Shown: in pieces, positions 1-9,445 of the stretch | How positions within the stretch are numbered: the stretch's first letter is position 1 | How the letters are laid out: every line of letters begins with the position of its first letter | Source: a virus | Virus record (IMG/VR): IMGVR_UViG_3300020020_000028 | Location: 1 to 64,000 of that record | Direction: 5' to 3' (one strand) | Length of the DNA stretch: 64,000 nucleotides | Position numbers and translations under genes: made by a program | The notes under the pieces: model-generated | The model's input: the letters and a program-made list of their open reading frames with translations, nothing else | What the model was told of the DNA's origin: nothing | Database searches by the model: none

Positions 1-672
1 ATGGAACTCATAGCAATGCCAGTTCCCGTCACCCTTATTCCCACTAAACAACGTGTTCCAGTCGTAGTCGGCCAGCGTGTTAGCGAAGTTGCCACCGTCC
101 ACCGTGACGCGGAGCCCGCCCGTAGGACTCTCGAACAGGAAGTAACAACTCCCGCCACCGGATTGGCAATTACTGCCGTTGAAGTAGTTCGGGCGATGAT
201 CAACCGTTAGTCCAATGCCTGCGTTCGTGCGGATGAAATAACGAATCCACACCTCTGTCTTGCGTGTGGTGAGATCGGTCCAGTCGTAGAGCAAGAATCC
301 GCTGGCGTTCACCGCACCGTCATCAATCCAATGTCGCTGCCCACGTCCTCCAGCACCACCGCTATAATTCGCGGCAGACACTACTTCTTCGCAGTGGCCC
401 TCTATTGCGGCCTCATCGTTTTCTTGTTTGATGCCAGTTTGCACACCGTCGAGTCCAGCACCTCCACAACCAAAGTCGTGAACACGATCCGTCGTCCAAC
501 CTTGCGCACTAGTAAATGACGTTTCAAATATGCACGTCACGCCAAGTTGAGCACAAGTGATACCACTGGTCGTTAGCGGTGCCGCAACAGATGGCTTTCC
601 CGGTGCCGGAGGTTGCCATCCGGTTAGTAGATAGAGAAAGGAAAGAACCGCTACCGATTTAAGTAGAGTCAT
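1..672 (-). CDS. Partial (runs off window) protein with N-terminal signal-like peptide; probable beta-sandwich/lectin-like virion or secreted protein
   Basis: Hand translation from ATG 672 (MTLLKSVAVLSFLYLLTGWQ...VWIRYFIR...DGNWHCYEFH) is open to position 1. It abuts the stop of the upstream gene at 674 and is not in the ORF track. Confidence 0.6.
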   Translation of the reverse strand, partial: MTLLKSVAVLSFLYLLTGWQPPAPGKPSVAAPLTTSGITCAQLGVTCIFETSFTSAQGWTTDRVHDFGCGGAGLDGVQTGIKQENDEAAIEGHCEEVVSAANYSGGAGGRGQRHWIDDGAVNASGFLLYDWTDLTTRKTEVWIRYFIRTNAGIGLTVDHRPNYFNGSNCQSGGGSCYFLFESPTGGLRVTVDGGNFANTLADYDWNTLFSGNKGDGNWHCYEFH

Positions 673-673
673 C

Positions 674-1552
674 TTAGTAGATCACTCCCGTTACACGATC
701 CACGTGTCCAAATCGCAACGCCGTATCGATGATGTAGGGATACTTCTTCTTCGCGTACTGCGGCCAGCCCGCTTTTGCCAGCATCCCACGCTTGATGTTC
801 TCTGCGCTCCACCACAAATCAGTCGTGCCACCCGACGAACACGTTACGCCGGACGGATCGGTCCAAACCTTTGATGGATTTTGGAAAATACGACGGACCT
901 TATGAGGATAGCCGGGAACGTCGAACGTCTCGATGTCCGGTTCGCGAGCCCATGCTTCGAATAGCGACCGATGAACGAGTAGCGCGCCTGTCGGAACACC
1001 TCGAACCCAAATCACATCGCCCGGTTTCCAATCACGATAGGCACGAGTACCTCCGTCGCGATAGGCAAGTGGCTCCGGTCCCATCAGTTCGATACCACCT
1101 GTTTTGCCGTGACGAATTTCGGCTGAGCCCTTGATATGGTACAGACCAGAAACAACTGGAGGTGCGAGCTTCCTCTCCATCTTCCAGAACCAACGGTCGA
1201 ACTCAATCAGCGCTTGTGGCGGCGGACAAGTGTCATCCTCGATGAAGAGTAGAGCCTTGAATGATTCGCGCAACAGCGCGTCCACAAGAATGTTCTGAGC
1301 CGTCGCCACATCGAATCCCGTCGGTGTTGAGCGAACCGCAGCCCAATTCGGTGGGACAACCATGCCTTGCATGGCGTTGTACCAGTGGATGTGGACCATA
1401 CCAAGCGTTGGCGTGCCAATGAGAATCCCTGTCTGCGTGATGCCGGGAGACGGATTAATCGGAGAAAGTGCGAGAGCTTCGACCTCCGCAGTCTGTTCAG
1501 GCGTCAGCAAACCGATGGAAGATGGAAGCCCATTGAGTAGTGTCTGATTCAT
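674..1552 (-). CDS. GT-A fold (GT2-like) glycosyltransferase
   Basis: ILIGTP N-terminal strand, LLFIEDD (DxD-like), TGALLVHRS, TDLWW and GHV motifs typical of phage GT2-like proteins. Confidence 0.7.
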   Translation of the reverse strand: MNQTLLNGLPSSIGLLTPEQTAEVEALALSPINPSPGITQTGILIGTPTLGMVHIHWYNAMQGMVVPPNWAAVRSTPTGFDVATAQNILVDALLRESFKALLFIEDDTCPPPQALIEFDRWFWKMERKLAPPVVSGLYHIKGSAEIRHGKTGGIELMGPEPLAYRDGGTRAYRDWKPGDVIWVRGVPTGALLVHRSLFEAWAREPDIETFDVPGYPHKVRRIFQNPSKVWTDPSGVTCSSGGTTDLWWSAENIKRGMLAKAGWPQYAKKKYPYIIDTALRFGHVDRVTGVIY

Positions 1553-1878
1553 CGCTGTTCCTCCACCTGAATATCAGTACGAATCAGTCTACCGTTATCT
1601 TCCACTCTGAAGTACCTCACCTTGAATTCCTGTTGATGATGTTCCACTGGAGGGGCAAACTGAAAAACCATCTCTTGTGGTAATGTCTTTAGCACCGCTG
1701 GCAAAGACTCTGCGAACAGAACGTTATTACGGAACAACAAAGCTGTGTAACAACCTCCGATCACACCTGTTGTGAAGTTCTGTGAAAGAGATGCAAAGGG
1801 CTTCTCACTCTCAATCTTCATCCGATAGCCGTCTGATTCATAGACCACCCCAGACTCGCGACTGACATCGTAGGTCAT
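1549..1878 (-). CDS. Hypothetical protein
   Basis: ATG 1878 overlaps the upstream stop (ATGA) and has a GGAG RBS; overlaps the next gene by 4 nt. Confidence 0.55.
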   Translation of the reverse strand: MTYDVSRESGVVYESDGYRMKIESEKPFASLSQNFTTGVIGGCYTALLFRNNVLFAESLPAVLKTLPQEMVFQFAPPVEHHQQEFKVRYFRVEDNGRLIRTDIQVEEQR

Positions 1879-2624
1879 GAGTGCACCTTCACTCTCTCCA
1901 GCCACCCTCCAGGGTGCATGGTCAAGAGCCAACGCTCAGAAACGATATCGTGACGCCACTCGTTGGGGTGCTCCGCGAGGTAAGACTCCAACGCGCCTCG
2001 CGCACCTCGATCATGAGGCCATGCCACATTCGTATCCTCGACAACCAACCGATCACCTACACGACAAGCCGGTGCGTACAATTCGAGTTCCGCCCGAACA
2101 TGCGCTTCTGAATGGTCAGAATCAAGTACCACCAGTAAAGGCGCACTTGTATCACGAGCATCAATTAATGACTTCGCTAACTGTGGATCGACCGAACTCG
2201 CTGTAACAAACGCGATACGCGGATGTTTCGCGTTCGGTTGACGATGTGTCGGATCGATATCTACGCTGTAGACCCTACCATCGATCCCTAACATATCCAT
2301 CAAGAACGCGAACCACATAGCCGATCCACCAGCAAAGGTACCCATCTCTAACACAGTCTTAGGCCGCACGCGAACCATGATGTCGTGGTACGCCCACAGA
2401 TCATTCGGACACTTCAACATCCCGATCCCAAGAAAATTCGTAAAACCCCACGTATGCGTGACAGCGTTATACCAAACTTCATGATATTTCTGGAGTAACG
2501 CCGCGTTCGTCTGCATCGTTTCGGTGATCTGTGCTGTGATAATCTCAAGCGACGTCGGAGACGTATTGACCTTGGTTAGAGGCTCGGGAGTAGGCATCTT
2601 AACGACGTTTGATTTCTTCGTCAT
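1875..2624 (-). CDS. CmcI / rhamnosyl O-methyltransferase-like SAM-dependent methyltransferase
   Basis: KCPNDLWAY, RPKTVLEMGTFAGGSA, LDSDHS..HV..EL, LVVEDT motifs. Start reassigned to ATG 2624 (GGAGG RBS, ATGA overlap). Confidence 0.85.
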   Translation of the reverse strand: MTKKSNVVKMPTPEPLTKVNTSPTSLEIITAQITETMQTNAALLQKYHEVWYNAVTHTWGFTNFLGIGMLKCPNDLWAYHDIMVRVRPKTVLEMGTFAGGSAMWFAFLMDMLGIDGRVYSVDIDPTHRQPNAKHPRIAFVTASSVDPQLAKSLIDARDTSAPLLVVLDSDHSEAHVRAELELYAPACRVGDRLVVEDTNVAWPHDRGARGALESYLAEHPNEWRHDIVSERWLLTMHPGGWLERVKVHS

Positions 2625-3145
2625 GACTTCCTCCCATTCACCGGCTGAGCCTGCATCACTGCGTTGTACCCAAAGGTTCCATGCGTTCCAGGTACGCGAT
2701 GCACCTGAAGCGTGTGCCACGGCTTCGGGATTGGCCTGCCTAACGTCGGGGCCTGCTCATAGAAGGGAAGACGGGGGTCAAGCCACGCAAACGACTGTTC
2801 AACCACTCTCGTTTTGTGTGTCGGATCCGAGAGCCAACCATGCGATCCATCACCACCATAAGGACCACTCACATATGCGGTACCTTTTAACCGAAGGATA
2901 CGATGGATCTCATCCCAAAACCGAAAGAAGTCTGTCGGCTCTAGATATTCCAGTACGTGAGTGATAATTGCGGTGTGAACACACCCATCTGGCAGTGGAA
3001 ATGGAAGTTGCAGAGGGTTGTGTCCCAAATCTGCCATTGTGACCGCACCGTCCTGAGGTACGCCACCGAGTGAGATATCGAGAACAACACCCTGTTTTCT
3101 TGCTAAGAGTTTTTGAATCTTCTGTTTCTGAAATTTTAGCCCCAC
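2621..3145 (-). CDS. Class I SAM-dependent methyltransferase (type 11-like)
   Basis: PLPDGCV...HVLEYL...DEIHRILR..G...PY...DPTH pattern. Confidence 0.75.
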   Translation of the reverse strand: MGLKFQKQKIQKLLARKQGVVLDISLGGVPQDGAVTMADLGHNPLQLPFPLPDGCVHTAIITHVLEYLEPTDFFRFWDEIHRILRLKGTAYVSGPYGGDGSHGWLSDPTHKTRVVEQSFAWLDPRLPFYEQAPTLGRPIPKPWHTLQVHRVPGTHGTFGYNAVMQAQPVNGRKS

Positions 3146-3226
3146 GCTAAACCTCTTTTCTGTCCCACTGTCTTACTGGTGCAGCACCGCCGAGTAGTGC
3201 TGCACCAGCCTTCGAGAACCATCGAC

Positions 3227-3841
3227 CTACGTACCGAACGACCAGTTGTAGGTGATATTGAGCGCCTGTGAGTTGGACTTCGATGACGACGCAAACGTCG
3301 CCAACGAGATCGCCGTGCCCGAACCGATGGATTGATGAGCGTACTGCGCAAGGCAGTTGATCACCACGTTGTTGGAAATGTGAGAAGAAGCGTACTGCCA
3401 GGACTGGCTGAGCGTCCATGCACCGGCAAGAGCTTGCGAAGCCGCAACGTTGGCTCGCGAGGCGCCTGCCTGATTGACGGTGGAGTTGGATTGTGTTCCA
3501 TACTCCGACGACATGACCGTCTGAGACGAAAAATTCGACGACTGCGCCTCTGTGTGCTGGCCAAGACCCCAGTACGACGCATGTGACGAATTGGCCAGTC
3601 CTACGAAATTACGGACGATCTGTCCGTGTCCGTAACTGGTGATGATATTCTCGTGCCAGTCCCCTGCCTTCTCCTCACCTGTTTTGAGATCGACCAGTGC
3701 CCCGCGAATGAACCCTCTCACTGTTGCGCCTTCGCGGAGGCCCTGACGACGACGCTTTCCTGCCCTTGGAGGCAGGCCATCCTGTTCCATCACGTGGAGT
3801 GATCCATCGTGAAGGTGAATGCGTTCGCCCTTTTTGAACAT
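3227..3841 (-). CDS. Putative virion structural protein
   Basis: NIIT..G / YWGLG / C-terminal K.....LNITY pattern resembling small tail or baseplate proteins; Ser/Asn-rich; located downstream of the capsid gene. Confidence 0.5.
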   Translation of the reverse strand: MFKKGERIHLHDGSLHVMEQDGLPPRAGKRRRQGLREGATVRGFIRGALVDLKTGEEKAGDWHENIITSYGHGQIVRNFVGLANSSHASYWGLGQHTEAQSSNFSSQTVMSSEYGTQSNSTVNQAGASRANVAASQALAGAWTLSQSWQYASSHISNNVVINCLAQYAHQSIGSGTAISLATFASSSKSNSQALNITYNWSFGT

Positions 3842-3850
3842 CGTTCGCTC

Positions 3851-4114
3851 CTATGCCTGAGTCATTCGGCGCAGCTTTGCTCGTGCTTTGCGCGCAACTT
3901 TACCATTCACTTTGGGATTCGCACGTCGGATCGATCCGTCTACCAAACGACAGTAAACATCATTGTCCGTTGTCCGAAAAACCAAAGTTCCCTTCGATGT
4001 CCTCGTTTCACGAGGTACGAATACCTGACGCGGATTGTAAACTCGCCGGGATGAATCAACAGGATGCCGTTGATCGTCGTCTGTGCGAACGTCGTCTTTA
4101 GGTTGAGTATCCAT
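3851..4114 (-). CDS. Small basic hypothetical protein
   Basis: ORF collinear with the operon, with an Arg/Lys-rich C-terminus. Confidence 0.55.
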   Translation of the reverse strand: MDTQPKDDVRTDDDQRHPVDSSRRVYNPRQVFVPRETRTSKGTLVFRTTDNDVYCRLVDGSIRRANPKVNGKVARKARAKLRRMTQA

Positions 4115-4191
4115 CTCTATTCATCCCGGCGAAGAAAAAGATAATCCGACCGCTGTGAGTGCTCCTCTCCAACGGTCAGATAATCCGATGT

Positions 4192-5277
4192 TTACGTGAG
4201 TGTGCCGATGCAGATACCGCTATCGCCGTTGTAGTCCGAACGGACGCGCGGAATCATGATCGCCATGACCAGATTGTGGATGGTGAACCCATCCAGCGAG
4301 GTCCACGGAATGACCGTCGGAGGCTGTCCGACAACCATATCGATGACATCCGACGTCATCTGCACGAGTGCCACCTTGGTCGCTGGCAGCAAGTCTGCGA
4401 CGCGAACCGCCTGAAGACTCTCGATCTGAAGCAGACGCTGACGGATCGTGAGGCCCTGCGCGTTGTTTGTCGCGTTGTAATCGCTGTCGAGCGCATTGCC
4501 AACAACAGTCGGCACGTACAGACGGTACGGACCGAACTTCTTGTTGTTCTGCAAATCAGCGATCATCGCCTGTGTCTGCGAGAACACCGTTGCACCCACA
4601 GGAACCGTGGACCACGCCGCCGCAGTCAGCGTCTCTGCTTCGGCTCCGGGAGCGTTCAGAAGTCCCGGTGCGGAGTAACCCGCAACCTTGAGTTCCTGAC
4701 CGTCCAGAGTCGTCGCACCGTTGATCGCTGCGTCTTCGATAGCCTCGTTGACTGCACGAACACACTGCTTGACCATGCTCACATCGAGCGGAGTTCCGAC
4801 ACGCTGAGACGTCTTCAGCGTTCGAATATCGATCTCGAACCCGTCCGTCGTGAGATAAATGGGCAAACGGTTCGGCGTGACAATCGGCAGCTTGTTCTCA
4901 CCGCGAGCCGAGGGGCTCATGGTGCGCTGTGCAGCGCCGATCTTGTTGCTCGAATTCCACTCAAGCTGTGCGATGCTGAGTGGATCCGTGAGGTTGTACG
5001 TCAACCCCGCGGCCATGATGTCAGCAGCGAACGTCAGCCTCTGAAGACCAACTTCCACCACCGCACGATCAATCGCGACCTGTGCCTTGTCCTGCATCGG
5101 AGCAAGCGCACGGAACTCGTTTTCGACCGCTGCCATCATGCGATAGCCGGGACGCCGCATCGCGGGTACCGACCATCCACCAACCTCCTGAAGTGCTCGC
5201 ATGACCACGTTGGTCAACGGGCTATTACCCTGCCAGTTCGAATCCGAACCGGCCATGAATCTCATTTCCTTTGACAT
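4192..5277 (-). CDS. Major capsid protein (HK97 fold, linocin/encapsulin-like subtype)
   Basis: 361 aa with strong RBS and codon bias; LPI...F.IDIRTL, GLLNAP, FGPYRLYV and IPRVRSD motifs; follows protease and decoration genes. Confidence 0.85.
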   Translation of the reverse strand: MSKEMRFMAGSDSNWQGNSPLTNVVMRALQEVGGWSVPAMRRPGYRMMAAVENEFRALAPMQDKAQVAIDRAVVEVGLQRLTFAADIMAAGLTYNLTDPLSIAQLEWNSSNKIGAAQRTMSPSARGENKLPIVTPNRLPIYLTTDGFEIDIRTLKTSQRVGTPLDVSMVKQCVRAVNEAIEDAAINGATTLDGQELKVAGYSAPGLLNAPGAEAETLTAAAWSTVPVGATVFSQTQAMIADLQNNKKFGPYRLYVPTVVGNALDSDYNATNNAQGLTIRQRLLQIESLQAVRVADLLPATKVALVQMTSDVIDMVVGQPPTVIPWTSLDGFTIHNLVMAIMIPRVRSDYNGDSGICIGTLT

Positions 5278-5331
5278 CGCATATCTCCTTGTCTGAGCCC
5301 TAAATCGGCCTTCGAATCTAAGCCAGATGGC

Positions 5332-5769
5332 TTAGAGGGCCTCGACGCGGATGCGCGTCAATGCGGCCGTTGCCGTCTTGTTTTCGAGTGCGCTGAAGAG
5401 AGCCACGGTGGCGCTCAGCTTCAACTGTCCGAGCGTTCCCAGCGAACCAAGCAGATCGCCTGCTTCAACCGCCGATCCCGATGCGATGAACATCCATGCG
5501 TGTGCGCCTTTGTGAAGGATCGAAACCTCCATCAAGTCACCCGCCGCATAGACATCACCGACACCTTTGTTGAGCATCGCCTGATCCGTCGCGACTGCCG
5601 GAGGACCGGCAATGTCAGCGGCAGCGAGCTTCCAGCGGATGATTCCGCCGACGTTATCACGCGCAACGAGCGCGCCGGGGTAGATCTCTGCCGCAGCAGC
5701 GAGATCCCCGATCTGGGTGCGTGAGCCACCCAAGTACACCGTGTTCGGGTTGTTTCTGGTGATCGACAT
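5332..5769 (-). CDS. Capsid decoration/cement protein
   Basis: 145-aa Ala/Gly-rich protein (AAAEIYPGALV...Y.AGD...AGDLL) between the scaffold and major capsid genes. Confidence 0.7.
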   Translation of the reverse strand: MSITRNNPNTVYLGGSRTQIGDLAAAAEIYPGALVARDNVGGIIRWKLAAADIAGPPAVATDQAMLNKGVGDVYAAGDLMEVSILHKGAHAWMFIASGSAVEAGDLLGSLGTLGQLKLSATVALFSALENKTATAALTRIRVEAL

Positions 5770-5859
5770 TTTCCATTCTCCTCAATTGACCGGCCAACTT
5801 CTAACTGTAATGATGTCCCACGACCACCTACAATTAGCAGAAGCCTGTCGGCTCTGACC

Positions 5860-7320
5860 TTAGTTGACCGTCTTCGACTGGAGTGCCTTCAGAGGCTCTG
5901 CGTACGGATTCGGAGGCGTGAAATCATCCTGCTTCACAGATGCGTGGCGTTCCTGAGGAATGCCACGTCCGCTGAAATCAGGAATCTCGACACGAGCGTA
6001 CGCCGCCAACTGCTTCAGTGCAGGCGTATTCATCGCCTTCAGTTCCTCTTCGGTATTCGCTCCGAGATCCTTCAACTGCGAAATGAGCGAACCGCGAAGA
6101 GCATCCTCTTCCGCCTTGTGGTGTTCGAGCAGCGTCTTGAAGAACGGTGGCGCCTTCGCCAACCAGTCCTCTTCGGACGGTGCCTGCTCTGCGGTCTTGA
6201 GACGCTCCTCAGCGACCTTTAGACGCGCATTGGTGTTCGTCAATTCGGTTTCGAGCTTGCTCGTGTTACGCTCGGCCGACTTACGCGCGTCCGACGCCGC
6301 TCGAAACTCTTCGAGTCGTGAGTCGCCGCAGGCTTCGAGCATTCCCTCGTCGCCGTCCTTGAACCCGCTGTACCGGTCAGTGACCAGTTCAGCGATCAAC
6401 TCTGCTCTCGTGCTCTTTTCCATTTTCCTGTCTCCTTGTTTGCAGCCGCAACCAGCGGCTTTCAGTTGCGGCTTAGCTGCCGCTGTCCTGCCCGAACCCG
6501 GTATCGTAGAACTATGACACCCGCACTCGGACGGCGCGGATATAGACGCCATCCGGATCTTCCCATTCCCATTACACGCTTCGCAGGGATTGCCTTTCAG
6601 ATTCCCCGACCCCTTGCACATCGGACAATCTTTCTTTTTCTTCACTCCACTTCCAACCTGTGCGCCGGGAACCATCGGAGCGAGAGTTCGAAGAAGATCA
6701 TGGACGTCATCGACGCACTCTAATTCCATTCGATCCGATAACATCCTCATCGATGCTGCGCGATGCGATCCACATCCCATCTCAATGGAACACGCACCTC
6801 GACCACCCGGAAGAAACGCCAGATGATCACCAACGACTTCCTTCCATGATGCTGTGTACTTCTTACCGTTGAATTCTCCAGGTTTATCATCCGTGACCAC
6901 GAACGCGCCTACAGACACTTCTTCCGATTCTCCTGAGAGCAATCGCTCGTACATCTCAGGGTGCAATTCCTTTGCACGCCTAGAATCGATCCACGCCTCG
7001 CAGAGCAACTTCTTCCCCTGCACACGAGGATTGAACACGAGTCCGATGCCGCTCTCCGCAAGAATGTCGGGACTATTCGCTGAACACTGCCGTCCATTCT
7101 TCTTCGGATGATAAAGTGTTGCGGGCTTCCTATCCCATGTCCTCGCATACTTCTCCAATGTGGACAGAGGCACAAATTCTGGTGTCTCGGCATTCACCGC
7201 ATGAATGACGCCTTCCATCAGTGCGACTACAGGTACCACGAGGTACGGTCGCCCGTCGTATGTGTCCATACGCACGGATCCTGTCGCGCCTCGAAGATGT
7301 AACGTTCTGATAGAAGACAT
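5860..7320 (-). CDS. Prohead protease (DUF2213-like) fused to scaffold, with CxxCxGxG zinc finger
   Basis: P.TLYHP, EVSVG and DHLAFLPGGRGACS motifs; CPMCKGSG/CEACNGNG; coiled-coil C-terminus. Confidence 0.8.
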   Translation of the reverse strand: MSSIRTLHLRGATGSVRMDTYDGRPYLVVPVVALMEGVIHAVNAETPEFVPLSTLEKYARTWDRKPATLYHPKKNGRQCSANSPDILAESGIGLVFNPRVQGKKLLCEAWIDSRRAKELHPEMYERLLSGESEEVSVGAFVVTDDKPGEFNGKKYTASWKEVVGDHLAFLPGGRGACSIEMGCGSHRAASMRMLSDRMELECVDDVHDLLRTLAPMVPGAQVGSGVKKKKDCPMCKGSGNLKGNPCEACNGNGKIRMASISAPSECGCHSSTIPGSGRTAAAKPQLKAAGCGCKQGDRKMEKSTRAELIAELVTDRYSGFKDGDEGMLEACGDSRLEEFRAASDARKSAERNTSKLETELTNTNARLKVAEERLKTAEQAPSEEDWLAKAPPFFKTLLEHHKAEEDALRGSLISQLKDLGANTEEELKAMNTPALKQLAAYARVEIPDFSGRGIPQERHASVKQDDFTPPNPYAEPLKALQSKTVN

Positions 7321-7413
7321 AAGAATCCTGTAACGAAAATCTTCGTTTTAGAACCAGCTAAATTGTATGAAAAAGAGAAAAAGCAGAGCGGTGTTACCCG
7401 CCCTGCCAAACAA

Positions 7414-7797
7414 TCAAACCTTCAAGTACCCGACGCGCTTCGTATCTTTGTCAATCTGCACGACGACTTCACCAGACTTCACATTCGCGTTCAGCTTCCC
7501 ACGAATGTACTGCGCACCCCACTCGTAGGTTTCCTGCGCGACACCACCGATGAGCACCGATCCGCCCGAAGAGAATCCATCCCCTCGGATCTCGAACTTC
7601 CCACCGGGCGTCCCGGTGACGATCACATCCGGGTACGTCTTCCCAGCAGCCGCACGCGCACTGCTAACAGCATCATTTGCAACCTTCGTGACGGCATCCG
7701 CGACAGCCTGAGCACCGACAACAGCAGCCGTTTTCTCAGCCTGCGCCTTTTCGTCTGCTTTGAACTTTTCTTCAACTGTCTGAGTCGTTGTTGACAT
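7414..7797 (-). CDS. Small protein with IPT/TIG Ig-like C-terminal domain (possible head accessory)
   Basis: FEIRGDGF..GSVLIGG...W....I...SGEVVV pattern; strong AAGGAG RBS. Confidence 0.55.
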   Translation of the reverse strand: MSTTTQTVEEKFKADEKAQAEKTAAVVGAQAVADAVTKVANDAVSSARAAAGKTYPDVIVTGTPGGKFEIRGDGFSSGGSVLIGGVAQETYEWGAQYIRGKLNANVKSGEVVVQIDKDTKRVGYLKV

Positions 7798-7814
7798 GTT
7801 AGATCTCCTTTGAG

Positions 7815-8168
7815 TTACTTATGGTTTTTCAGTCTATCGACAATTGAGTCGATCTGTTTACGTGTTGTTACATTTTCGTTCTCGTTGACTAACTCTGTCT
7901 CTACCATTTTCTGCGTCTCTTCAACGCCATTCGCGACTCCGGCAATCCTGACATGAGTTTCGTCAGCCTCAAGCCGAGTTATCTCTGCTAATTCGGCTGC
8001 AATTCGTGCTGTATCTTCTCTTAGTGCATCAACCTGAATTTTTCGTTCGGTTGCCCATCGACGCAGCGTAATTCGCCAACACCAATGCAAATACACCAAA
8101 TAGCAAAGAACCATTATGGTTCCAGCACCAATTAATAGCTGACCCCACATCCAATCCGGCACGTTCAA
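7815..8168 (-). CDS. Membrane-anchored coiled-coil protein
   Basis: N-terminal hydrophobic helix followed by a heptad-rich region. Confidence 0.5.
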   Translation of the reverse strand: MNVPDWMWGQLLIGAGTIMVLCYLVYLHWCWRITLRRWATERKIQVDALREDTARIAAELAEITRLEADETHVRIAGVANGVEETQKMVETELVNENENVTTRKQIDSIVDRLKNHK

Positions 8169-8359
8169 TCGCTCCTCCGTCTTCTTTTATTCCGACGGTC
8201 GATCAGGACTTTTAATTCGCGATCAACGCTATTCAAGCGTTCTCGCACTTCAATGAGAGCTTTGCGTTCTGCTTCATTAATTGCAATCTCTTCATCAAAA
8301 CGAAGAAGTTGCTTCTCTTTCATCAACGAATCACCTGTCAGCCATCTCAATACGTTCAT
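8165..8359 (-). CDS. Small coiled-coil hypothetical protein
   Basis: Collinear ORF overlapping the next gene by 4 nt. Confidence 0.45.
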   Translation of the reverse strand: MNVLRWLTGDSLMKEKQLLRFDEEIAINEAERKALIEVRERLNSVDRELKVLIDRRNKRRRRSD

Positions 8360-8377
8360 CGCCCCTGTCTTCGCCGT

Positions 8378-8857
8378 TTATGACGGCTTATTCATTTCGT
8401 CGAATGAATTAACAAGTTTCCGGCGGCGATAACTCCGCCATGACCCATACGCGGTCATGATAATCGGAAAAAAGAATGAAAGCCTTACCAACGCACGCAA
8501 CGCAGTCAACTTAGGCGATAATTGATCAGGAATAGCTGCTGGTAAATAGAAAGCCGCAATGCCAGCAAATAAAAACCATCCTGGAATCGTGAGACGAATA
8601 ATCTCTGCCTCGACATTTCCATCAGCAAGACATAGATTCGCGAGTCCAACAGCGGCTTCTTCCTCGTCTAACCGATCTTGTTCGATACTAACATCGTCTT
8701 TTCTGTTACAACGCATCGCTAACTGTTTAGCAAGCGTGGTACGAACAACCGCTCGGTCCTGAATAGCTTGCCATAATATCCATGACTTGCCGCAAAACGC
8801 CACAAGTGCAAGCAAGAAAAATGAGATCTCCCAACCAGATGCGTTATGTGGAAACAT
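8378..8857 (-). CDS. Multi-pass membrane protein
   Basis: Three hydrophobic segments. Confidence 0.55.
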   Translation of the reverse strand: MFPHNASGWEISFFLLALVAFCGKSWILWQAIQDRAVVRTTLAKQLAMRCNRKDDVSIEQDRLDEEEAAVGLANLCLADGNVEAEIIRLTIPGWFLFAGIAAFYLPAAIPDQLSPKLTALRALVRLSFFFPIIMTAYGSWRSYRRRKLVNSFDEMNKPS

Positions 8858-9045
8858 TTACGTGGGCTCTCTACGCAATACGTCGAGCTCGCGTGCGATA
8901 CGGTGGAGCCGTCGATCAATTTCTTGTCGCTCCTGATAGTCGCATAGCTCTTGTTCTATCGAACGTTTACCGATATGCCCACGTCGTTCTAACAATCGGC
9001 GGTCAACTTCTGGATACTTCCCGCGACGAAACCATTCAAACAGGC

Positions 9046-9294
9046 TCACGGTCTGCGCTCCTTCGCAAGATCCAGCCCTTTCTCGGCTTGATCCGTGGCT
9101 CTTGTGGCCATCGCTTTCCATTCTGCCTCTCTTTTCTCGGCAGCGGCAACGTCGCGTACAGATCGTGCTTCACATTCAACAAGCTGATATCCCCAGACCC
9201 AGCGCTTCGTTGCCCCAAGCCACAACACGAGGATCAATAGGGCTGCAAGACTAACTCCGCTAAGTTTTTCTGCAACCGCAAGAATCTCAGTCAC
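9046..9294 (-). CDS. Holin-like membrane protein
   Basis: One TM helix (LAALLILVLWLGA) and a charged tail with a W(K/R)..A motif seen in small phage membrane proteins. Confidence 0.55.
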   Translation of the reverse strand: MTEILAVAEKLSGVSLAALLILVLWLGATKRWVWGYQLVECEARSVRDVAAAEKREAEWKAMATRATDQAEKGLDLAKERRP

Positions 9295-9298
9295 GATC

Positions 9299-9445
9299 TT
9301 ATCGGACTAACCCGATTGCCGCTACGAGAGCGGCCAATCCGATAGCAATAAGACGATTCCATGTCGGTGAGGTATGCTGCCATGCAGCAACGACCAAAAC
9401 GACAAATGAAAAAACGAAAAGTATGTTCGGCATCATGTTAGGCAT
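9299..9445 (-). CDS. 48-aa two-TM protein (holin-like)
   Basis: Hand translation: MPNMMPNILFVFSFVVLVVAAWQHTSPTWNRLIAIGLAALVAAIGLVR. The start overlaps the MuF stop. Confidence 0.6.
   Translation of the reverse strand: MPNMMPNILFVFSFVVLVVAAWQHTSPTWNRLIAIGLAALVAAIGLVR

Noticed and set aside
4159-5274. 371-aa plus-strand ORF
   Set aside because: Antisense shadow of the major capsid gene.
4192-5277. Cellular encapsulin nanocompartment
   Set aside because: It sits in a complete terminase-portal-MuF-protease-decoration context, so it is a phage capsid protein.
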